Assembly (NCBI GenBank): GCA_049942775.1
Contig: CP188087.1
Span: 300,001 to 332,000 of the forward strand
DNA from: Candidatus Saccharimonadota bacterium
GTDB lineage: Bacteria; Pseudomonadota; Gammaproteobacteria; Enterobacterales; Enterobacteriaceae
Length of the DNA stretch: 32,000 nucleotides
Reading direction: 5' to 3'
This document shows positions 18,332 through 26,006 of the stretch, piece by piece. Each line of letters opens with the position of its first letter. Position 1 is the stretch's first letter. A model generated the notes under the pieces. The model was given only the letters and a program-made list of their open reading frames with translations, made no database searches and was not told where the DNA came from. Made by a program: the position numbers and the translations under genes.

Positions 18332-19972
18332 ATGCATAAAATAACAAATTTAAGAATAAATTTTATTAGTTTAATTAACAAAGCAGAAAATAAAACAAAA
18401 AAAAATATATTAAATAATAAAAAAATATATACAAAGAAAAGTGAATATCAAAAATTATCTTTTAAAAAACCTGAATATTTGTTCAATATAGTTGATAAAT
18501 TAATTTCAGAAAAAAAAATGGAAAAAGCAGAGATTATTCTTTATGAAAAATTAAAAACAATAATTGAAGATAATCAAATTATTTTTTCTAATTTAATTCC
18601 TGATTTTTTTAAAAATTTAAGGAAAAGAGGAACAAGCAATACTATTGGAAAAAAATTTTTTTTTATCGTAAAAAAAATTTCTAGACAGATACAAAAATTT
18701 AACAAATCTATGTCAGAACTAGAATTTTTGTTAAACATAGAAATTAAATCAGAAATAAAAAAAATCAACAATAATCTATTATTAATAGAAAATATTAATA
18801 AAAAAATTAATGCAATTAAAAATGAATCTAATTCGGATATTTTTGAAAAAAAAAAAGAAATAGAGAATTTAATAATAGATAGACAAATTTTGTCTAATCA
18901 ATTAAACGAAATTGCTGGAATTAAATCTTTAGATGAAAAAAATAATTTTTTTTTATTTTTAAATAAAAAAATTATTTTATTAGAAAATTTTAAAAAAAAC
19001 GATATTTTTCCAGCTCATGGTTCGTATTTTTCTAATAAAATGTCTGTTGGATGTCAATTTAACAAAAAAAAAACGATGAAAATTTTAGATCCAATTATCA
19101 AAACAGGAACTTTAGGTGCTATTTTAAAATTTAAAACAATACAATTAGAATCAACAAAAAATAAAATTGGACAATTAATTTATAATTTTAGCAATAAGTT
19201 TAATTATATAAATAGATACGGTTATGATATTAATTGTAATCCAGGAGTGAAAATATTTTCACAAACGAACCCGAAAATTATACCTAATAAAAATAATAAA
19301 GGTAAGGAAAAATTAAATTCTAAATGGAACACTGACATTGTTTTTGATCCAAAAACGTATGAAATTCAATTTTTAGGGAAAAATAAATGGAAAATAAAAA
19401 ATTTCTTTAACAATAAAGAAATTATTGATTTTAGTACTGAAAAAAAAAGAAATTCTCTATCACTGTCATTATTAAAATTTGATGGAATACTCATTGAATA
19501 TTTAAACAAATCTCTTAAAAAAAACGATAAATATCTAATTCAATCAACTTCTACAGCAATTGATAAATTTTCCATTGAACCTAACGTCACTGAAAAAACA
19601 AATATCGCTTATTTTCCAACAAACAGTACAGATCGTGATGATTATTTAAATTTTCAAAAAATGATTGATTCAGAACATTATAAGTTAATAAATAATAAGG
19701 AAACAGTGGAAGAATCTTATGAAAATTATAAAAATCATATACAAGAAAAAATAGAAAAATTAAAACTAAATCAACAATTAAAAGTTAAAGAAGAAAGTAT
19801 TCTATTGGAAAAAAATATGTATGAATTAAATAATAATATTTTTTTTCAAAATTTAAATAAAAAAACAACGAATCTAGACAACCTCTATTTATCAAAATAT
19901 AAAACATCATCTCTTGAACCATCATTTAATGAAATAAATGAAATAATGAAAATATTTAATTCTAAATTTTAA
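18332..19972 (+). CDS. flgK: Hook-filament junction protein 1 (HAP1) FlgK, highly diverged
   Basis: 546 aa versus 547 in E. coli. The central block IIKTGTLGAILKFKTIQLESTKNKIGQLIYNFSNKFN...GYDINCNPG...KIIPNKNNKG aligns with E. coli LLNTGSLGGILTFRSQDLDQTRNTLGQLALAFAEAFN...GFDANGDAG...AVLQNTKNKG. Position after flgJ supports the call. The termini are only weakly recognisable. Confidence 0.8.
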   Translation: MHKITNLRINFISLINKAENKTKKNILNNKKIYTKKSEYQKLSFKKPEYLFNIVDKLISEKKMEKAEIILYEKLKTIIEDNQIIFSNLIPDFFKNLRKRGTSNTIGKKFFFIVKKISRQIQKFNKSMSELEFLLNIEIKSEIKKINNNLLLIENINKKINAIKNESNSDIFEKKKEIENLIIDRQILSNQLNEIAGIKSLDEKNNFFLFLNKKIILLENFKKNDIFPAHGSYFSNKMSVGCQFNKKKTMKILDPIIKTGTLGAILKFKTIQLESTKNKIGQLIYNFSNKFNYINRYGYDINCNPGVKIFSQTNPKIIPNKNNKGKEKLNSKWNTDIVFDPKTYEIQFLGKNKWKIKNFFNNKEIIDFSTEKKRNSLSLSLLKFDGILIEYLNKSLKKNDKYLIQSTSTAIDKFSIEPNVTEKTNIAYFPTNSTDRDDYLNFQKMIDSEHYKLINNKETVEESYENYKNHIQEKIEKLKLNQQLKVKEESILLEKNMYELNNNIFFQNLNKKTTNLDNLYLSKYKTSSLEPSFNEINEIMKIFNSKF

Positions 19973-19981
19973 AAAGTGTAT

Positions 19982-20011
19982 TTTATCTTTAAAACAGATA
20001 AATATCTTTTT
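19982..20011 (+). terminator. Candidate weak intrinsic terminator after flgK
   Basis: A 7-bp stem, TTTATCT (19982-19988) with AGATAAA (19996-20002), and a 7-nt loop, followed by TATCTTTTT (20003-20011). It starts 10 nt after the flgK stop. The stem has only one G:C pair. Confidence 0.25.
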
Positions 20012-20222
20012 GAAAAAATTTAAAAAAAAATTAAAAATTTAAATAATTTATATTTTTTTATATTTTAAATTTATGAAAAATTATCTAAAACAATATTATT
20101 TTTTTTCAATTAATAAAAAAAATTAAAAAAATAAAAATTATTTAATGTTTAAAATTAATAAAAAGAAATATTTTAAAAAATATTTTTTTTTAAATAATTT
20201 AAACTTAATTTGAACTAATACT

Positions 20223-21479
20223 TTAAAAAATAAAATTTTTCTTCAACAAACCTGTACCACTACATTTAGAACAAATGTAATTATTAAGATTTTTTATGGA
20301 ACACCTTACTCGTTTTCTTGACATTTCTAATAATCCAAATCTAGAAATTAAACCAATTTGAATACGAGCTCTATCTTTTTTTATCTCTTCTTTGATTTTT
20401 TTTTCAATAATTCGTTTATGATCAATTAATTTCATATCAATAAAATCTATTATAATTAAACCTCCTAAATCTCGTAATCTAATTTGTTTTAATATTTCGT
20501 CAACTGCTTCTAAATTAGTATTTAAAGCTGTTTCTTTCATTCTTTTCCCATTCCTAGATTGAGATGAATTAACGTCAATTATAGTTAAAGCTTCTGTAGA
20601 ATCAATGATAATTTCCCCTCCTGAGAACAATTTTATCTTTCTTTGAAAAATAGAAATAATTTGTAATTCAATTTGAAAATAGTTAAATATTGGAATTTTT
20701 TTTTTAAAAATTTTAATTTTATGTAAAAAATCTATACGACCTAAAATATTCATATAACTATATACATCATTTAATAATTCATAATTATCAATTATGATTT
20801 CTTCTATATCTTGATGTAAATTATCTCTAAAAGATCTATAAATAACATTACTTTCTCGACATAACAAAATTGGAGATGAATAATTATTAGCTGTTTTAAT
20901 AATTAATTTCCATTGTTTTAATCTAGAATCTAGATCATTTTGTAAAATTTTTAAAGATTTTCCTACACTGGCAGTTCTAATTATTAATCCCATATTTTTA
21001 GGTATAATTAAACGTTTAGAAACCTTTTTTAATTCATTTCTATAAATACCTTCAATTCTTTTAGAAATACCTAAGACATTAGGATTATTTGGCATTAAAA
21101 TTAAAAAGCTTCCTACTAAACTGATGTATGTTGTTAATAAGGCTCCTTTATTCATTCTTTCTTCTTTTTCTACTTGAACAATTATCTCCATTCCTTTTTT
21201 TAAAAAAAAAACATGATTGTTAGTAATATTTTTTTCATAAAAATAATTTTTTGAAATTTCTTTTATTGGCAAAAATCCACGTTTTTTAAAACCATAATTT
21301 ATAAATACAGCATCTAAACTAGGTTCAACTCTATCAATAACTCCTTTATAAACATTTAATTTTTTTTTATTTAAATCATTATTAGGATTATCTATGTCTA
21401 AATCATATAATCTTTTACCATCTACTAAAGCTACTCTATATTCTTTAGAATTAATAGCATTAATTAACATTCTTTTCAT
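20223..21479 (-). CDS. rne: Ribonuclease E, catalytic N-terminal core only (truncated just after the Zn-link)
   Basis: 418 aa. [30 protein letters not shown] corresponds to E. coli [30 protein letters not shown]. The catalytic region [15 protein letters not shown]...[15 protein letters not shown] is intact. The protein ends ...[13 protein letters not shown]...[16 protein letters not shown], where CxxC is the Zn-link at E. coli C404/C407. Synteny flgK | rne | rluC matches E. coli. Confidence 0.93.
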   Translation of the reverse strand: [418 protein letters not shown]

Positions 21480-21814
21480 AAAAAAATGATCTCTTTTTTT
21501 TTAAATTTATTAAATAATCAGAAAAAATAAATAATCAGAATATTTTCTTATAAATTCATATAAACATAAAAACAAACTTAAATCTAAAACAAATGAATAT
21601 AAATAAAATTAATTTAAATATTATAAATTTATGATTTAATTTAAATGCAAAAATATATAAATCAATATTTTTTTTTCGTTTTTTTTTTAAAATTTTTCAA
21701 AAAAAAAAATTTTTTTTAAAGTTTAAATAAATTAACTATAAAATTATTAACATATAAAACATTGATTAGAATTATCATTCTAGATATAATATTTTCTTTT
21801 AGATATTTATCTAT

Positions 21815-22819
21815 ATGAAAAATATAACAAAAAAACCACATTTTTTAAATGTAACTGAACAAATGATTCCACAAAGAATTGACAATTTTTTAATTTCTTA
21901 TATAAAACTGATATCAAAAAATAAAATATATAAACTTTTAAGAAAAGGAAATATTCGAGTAAATAAAAAAAGAACTGCTCCTCAATATAAATTAAAAATT
22001 GGAGATAAAATTAGAATTCCACCCATAAAAGAAAAATATATTTTTCATATAAATAAAATTTTTAAAAAAAAATGTATAATAGATAAAAAAATACTGAAAA
22101 ATATTATATTTGAAGATGAATATTTAATTATTATAAATAAACCATCTGGAATAGCAGTTCATGGGGGGAGTGGTATTTCAACAGGAATTATAGAAAAATT
22201 TCGTTTATTAAGACCTTTTTGTAAAAATCTAGAATTAGTACATAGATTAGATAAAGAAACTTCTGGATTATTAATTATGTCAAAAAAAAGGTCTACTTTA
22301 ATTTCTTTACATGAACAAATTAAAAATAACAAAATTAAAAAAAAATATGTAGCATTAGTACATGGACATTGGCCTAATTCAATAAATACAATTACTTTAC
22401 CATTATTAAAAAAAAAATGGAATACTAATATAAGTAAAAAAAAAGTATGTGTTCATAATTTGGGAAAACCATCAGAAACTCATTTTGTTGTAAAGAAAAG
22501 ATTTAAAAATAATACGACTCTTTTATACATATATCCCATAACTGGTAGAACACACCAAATTAGAGTTCATTCTTCACATATGAAATTACCAATTGTTTTT
22601 GATAATCGATATGGTTCTAAAAGTCTTGACAAAAAAATCAAAAATAGCAATGGTCCATTTCGTTTATTATTACATGCAAAAGAAATACAATTCATACATC
22701 CTAAAAACCAACAAAAAACTATTTTATCAGCTCCTTTAGATAAAGAATTTAAAAATTATTTAAAAAATTGTGAATCAACTAAAAAAAATAGAGGAAAAAA
22801 TGGCAGTACAAAAAAATAA
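21815..22819 (+). CDS. rluC: 23S rRNA pseudouridine (955/2504/2580) synthase RluC
   Basis: 334 aa. S4 domain QRIDNFL...[15 protein letters not shown]. Catalytic motif [11 protein letters not shown]. Also GRTHQIRVH. Divergent from rne, as in E. coli. Its 3' end overlaps rpmF by 20 nt. Confidence 0.93.
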   Translation: MKNITKKPHFLNVTEQMIPQRIDNFLISYIKLISKNKIYKLLRKGNIRVNKKRTAPQYKLKIGDKIRIPPIKEKYIFHINKIFKKKCIIDKKILKNIIFEDEYLIIINKPSGIAVHGGSGISTGIIEKFRLLRPFCKNLELVHRLDKETSGLLIMSKKRSTLISLHEQIKNNKIKKKYVALVHGHWPNSINTITLPLLKKKWNTNISKKKVCVHNLGKPSETHFVVKKRFKNNTTLLYIYPITGRTHQIRVHSSHMKLPIVFDNRYGSKSLDKKIKNSNGPFRLLLHAKEIQFIHPKNQQKTILSAPLDKEFKNYLKNCESTKKNRGKNGSTKK

Positions 22820-22964
22820 ACCTACTAGATCAAAAAGAGGAATGAGAAGATCGCATGATAAAATAAAAATTCCTACTTTTTCAATAGATAAATACTCAAA
22901 AGAAACACATATTAGACACCATATAACTAAAAAAGGATATTTTAAAGGAAAAAAAGTAATTTAG
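22800..22964 (+). CDS. rpmF: 50S ribosomal protein L32
   Basis: [20 protein letters not shown]...[18 protein letters not shown] corresponds to E. coli [20 protein letters not shown]...HLRHHITADGYYRGRKVI. I chose the ATG at 22800, with AGAGGA at 22789-22794, over the ORF-track GTG at 22770. Confidence 0.96.
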   Translation: MAVQKNKPTRSKRGMRRSHDKIKIPTFSIDKYSKETHIRHHITKKGYFKGKKVI

Positions 22965-23011
22965 AAATACAAATTATTAAAACAAGAAATTTTAAATCGT
23001 TAAATATTATT

Positions 23012-23085
23012 TAAAAAATTAATAATTTGTAAAAAATTCTTATTTTTTAAAAAAATCAATAATTTGTAAAAATTTTTTTTGTTCA
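23012..23085. repeat. Degenerate ~37-bp tandem duplication in the rpmF-fabD spacer
   Basis: Perfect 15-mer AATAATTTGTAAAAA at 23021-23035 and 23058-23072. The flanks are also similar (TTAAAAAATT vs TTAAAAAAATC upstream, A/T-rich downstream). Confidence 0.6.
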
Positions 23086-23142
23086 TAACATTTAAAAAAA
23101 TATATTACATAAAAAAATATGTTTTTAAATAACAGGTAAAAA

Positions 23143-24071
23143 ATGAAATTTGCAATGATATTTCCAGGTCAAGGGTCTCAAAGAATAGATGTATTATTTA
23201 AATTATCTAAAACTTTTCCTATAATAAAAAATACTTTTGATGAAGCTTCTAATTATATTAACCATAATTTATGGAAATATATAAAAGAAAATTATGATAA
23301 TAGTTTCAAAAACGATGAATATATTCCAGCTTTAATGTTAACAACTGCAGTTTCTCTTTATTATACATGGAAAAAAAAAACGAAAAAATTCCTAATATAG
23401 CTGCAGGTCATAGTCTGGGAGAATATTCAGCATTAGTTTGCTCTAATTCAATTTCATTAAAAGATGGATTAAAAATCGTTATAAAAAGAAATAAACTTAT
23501 GCAAGAGTCAGCAAAAAATAATCCAGGATCTATGATGGCAATAATTGGAATGAAAAAAAACGTAATAAAAAAAATTTGTAAAAATTTCTTTAAAAATAAA
23601 TTTGCAGCTATTTCTAGTATAAATTCTGAAACTGAAATTGTAGTATCTGGAAATACAAACAAATTACATAAAATAGAAAAAATATGTAAATTATTAGGTG
23701 CTAAAGCTGTCTTTCATTTGTCAATAAATATTCCTTCGCATTGTATTTTAATGAAAAATGCATCTAAAAAATTTTCTAAATTTTTAAAAAATGTTTTTTT
23801 TAAAAAGCCTGATTTTCCAATTATTAACAATGTTGATGTAAAATATGAAAAATCTAATGAAAAAATAAAAACAGCTTTGATAAGACAATTAGTAGAACCA
23901 ATAAACTGGAAAAAAAGCATAAATTTTATTTTAAAAAAAAAAAAAACTTTTTTATTATTAGAAGTTGGAACTAGTAAAGTGTTAACAAATTTAAATAAAA
24001 ACATACAAGATTCTATTTCTATTTCTTTAAATAATAGAAAAAATTTTTTTTTATTAAAAAAAAATAATTAG
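23143..24071 (+). pseudogene. fabD: Malonyl-CoA:ACP transacylase FabD, reading frame broken at an A10 tract (23371-23380); possibly rescued by slippage
   Basis: ORF 23143-23400 gives MKFAMIFPGQGSQ...LYYTWKKK. ORF 23367-24071 gives ...IAAGHSLGEYSALVC...IPSHCILMK...VNNVDV... With A11 the two join as ...TWKKKNEKIPNIAAGHSLGEYS, colinear with E. coli FabD. All catalytic motifs are intact. Confidence 0.9.
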
Positions 24072-24082
24072 GAAAAAAAAAG

Positions 24083-24817
24083 ATGTATCAAGGTAAAGAA
24101 ATAGCTTTAGTTACTGGAGCAACAGGTAAAATAGGAAAAAAAATAGCACAAGAATTATCTAAAAAAAAAAAATTTGTATTTGGTTCTAGCAGAACTAAAA
24201 ACGGAGTTAAAGAAATAAAAAAGATGTTAGAAAAAAATGGAGAAGGAATAATAATTAATATTAAAGATCCTGATGATATTAAAAAAAAAATAAATTTTAT
24301 TAGCATGAATTTTGGAACTATTAATATTTTAGTGAATAACATAGGAATTAACTACAATAACTTACTATCGAAAATCTCTATCTTTGAATGGGAAGAAACG
24401 TTAAAAATTAATTTAACCTCAATTTTTCACTTATCACAATCAGTAATAAAGAACATGATAAAAAAAAGAAAAGGTAGAATAATTACAATAGGATCTATTA
24501 TAGGATCTATAGGAAACAGTGGTCAAATTAGCTATTCAAGTTCAAAATCTGCACTAATAGGTTTTCATAAATCACTTGCAATAGAAGTTGCTTCTCGGAA
24601 AATTACTGTAAATATCATTTCTCCTGGATTTATCATGTCTAATATGACAAAAAAATTAAGCAAAAAACAAATAGACAAATATTTACTAAATATACCAATG
24701 AAACGTTTTGGAACAGCAGCTGATATTGCTAATGTTGTATTATTTTTATCTTCAAAAAAATCTTCATACATTACTGGACAAGTGATTCATGTAAATGGAG
24801 GCATGCAAACTACTTAA
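24083..24817 (+). CDS. fabG: 3-oxoacyl-ACP reductase FabG
   Basis: 244 aa, as in E. coli. Shows ALVTGATGKIGKKIA, NNIGI, the catalytic SYSSSKSALIGFHKSLA (Y-x3-K) and C-terminal GQVIHVNGGM. Contains in-frame A12 (24161-24172) and A10 (24281-24290) tracts. Confidence 0.95.
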   Translation: MYQGKEIALVTGATGKIGKKIAQELSKKKKFVFGSSRTKNGVKEIKKMLEKNGEGIIINIKDPDDIKKKINFISMNFGTINILVNNIGINYNNLLSKISIFEWEETLKINLTSIFHLSQSVIKNMIKKRKGRIITIGSIIGSIGNSGQISYSSSKSALIGFHKSLAIEVASRKITVNIISPGFIMSNMTKKLSKKQIDKYLLNIPMKRFGTAADIANVVLFLSSKKSSYITGQVIHVNGGMQTT

Positions 24818-24866
24818 TATCCTCAAAAAAAATCTGTTTAAAAATGTTTCTTTAGGAGATAAAATA

Positions 24867-25112
24867 ATGGACATTGAAAAAGAAATAAAAAAAATTGTTT
24901 CTATTCAATTAGAAAAAAAAATAGAAAAAATTTCTAAAAAGTCAAACTATGTTAAAGATTTAGAAGCAGATTCTCTAGATATGATAGAACTTGTTATGAA
25001 TCTAGAAGAGAAATTTAAAATTGATATTCCAGATGAAGATATGAAATACATCAACACAATAGAAAATACAATTAAATATATTAAAAATAAAATTATCATT
25101 AATAATGATTAA
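24867..25112 (+). CDS. acpP: Acyl carrier protein
   Basis: I moved the start from the ORF-track ATG 24795, which would overlap fabG, to ATG 24867. AGGAG lies at 24854-24858. The phosphopantetheine site is DLEADSLDMIELVMNLEEKF, and DIPDED follows. 81 aa. Confidence 0.93.
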   Translation: MDIEKEIKKIVSIQLEKKIEKISKKSNYVKDLEADSLDMIELVMNLEEKFKIDIPDEDMKYINTIENTIKYIKNKIIINND

Positions 25113-25367
25113 TAATTCAAAATAAATAATATATAAAATAAAAAAAAGTTGCTTTTTATTAAAATTATTTTTCAAACTAAAAAATAAAAAAATAAATTTA
25201 ATTAAAATAAAAAAGTTCATCTACAACTTATAAATTTAAAAAAAATATTAAAAATCGATATTTTTATAAAAATCTTATAAAAATTATAGAAAAAATAAAA
25301 AAATATTTAATCATATATTAAAATTAATTTAATGAAAAATTATTAAAAATCACTAACAAAAAACAAG

Positions 25368-26006
25368 ATGAAAAATAAATTTATTGTAATTGAAGGAATA
25401 GAAGGATCAGGAAAAACGAATGCTTGTAAACAAGTTAAAAAAACTTTGGAACTATTCGGAATTAATAATTCTATTTTAATTAGAGAACCTGGAAGCACCA
25501 AAATTGGGGAAAAAATAAGAGAAATAATAAAAGAAAAAAAAATAGTTGGAAGAATTACGAAAAAAGCTGAACTTTTATTAATGTATGCTGCTAGAACACA
25601 ATTAATTGAAACAATTATTAAACCAGAGTTAGAAAAAGGAAGTTGGATAATTTGTGATAGATTTGACATGTCTTCAATAGCTTATCAGGGGGCAGGGTCT
25701 CGAATAAATATAAATTTCATTAATCAACTCAGAAACTTTTTAGTAGAACCATTACATCCAGATTTAATTTTATATTTAGATATTGATCCAATCATAGGAT
25801 TACAAAGAATAAAAAAAAATAGAATCTATTTAGATAGAATAGAACAAAAAAATGTTAGTTTTTTTGTTCGTGTAAGAAAAAAATACTTAGAATTAGTAAA
25901 TTCTAATCCAACTGCAATAAAAATAAAAGCTAACAAAAATATTTCTATTGTAAATAATTTAGTACATGAAACTATCAAAAAATGGTTAAAAAAAACAAAA
26001 AAATGA
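25368..26006 (+). CDS. tmk: Thymidylate kinase
   Basis: 212 aa. P-loop FIVIEGIEGSGKT, then REPGST and CDRF. The TGA stop overlaps the holB ATG (ATGA at 26003-26006). Confidence 0.95.
   Translation: MKNKFIVIEGIEGSGKTNACKQVKKTLELFGINNSILIREPGSTKIGEKIREIIKEKKIVGRITKKAELLLMYAARTQLIETIIKPELEKGSWIICDRFDMSSIAYQGAGSRININFINQLRNFLVEPLHPDLILYLDIDPIIGLQRIKKNRIYLDRIEQKNVSFFVRVRKKYLELVNSNPTAIKIKANKNISIVNNLVHETIKKWLKKTKK

Noticed and set aside
20223-21479. Possibility that the short RNase E-like ORF is RNase G (rng/cafA) rather than a truncated rne
   Set aside because: The N-terminus MKRMLINA...RVALVDG.RLYDLDI is the RNase E signature, not that of RNase G as I recall it (MTAELLVNVTPSETRVA...). The flgK | rne | rluC synteny is exactly that of E. 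coli rne.
23367-23380. ATG at 23367 as an independent start for a 'second' fabD-like gene
   Set aside because: The Met lies within the TGG-A10 junction and arises only from the frame shift. The upstream ORF supplies the missing N-terminal GQGSQ half of the same enzyme, so this is one gene.
25141-25157. A6G-TTG-CT5 hairpin after acpP, and A/T palindromes at about 20166-20190, as terminators
   Set aside because: The stems are essentially pure A:T homopolymer pairings that occur everywhere in this composition. I do not consider them supportable features.
25343-25669. 108-aa hydrophobic ORF antisense to tmk
   Set aside because: The same reasoning applies. It overlaps the tmk P-loop region on the opposite strand, and its apparent 'membrane protein' character is an artefact of poly-T-rich codons.
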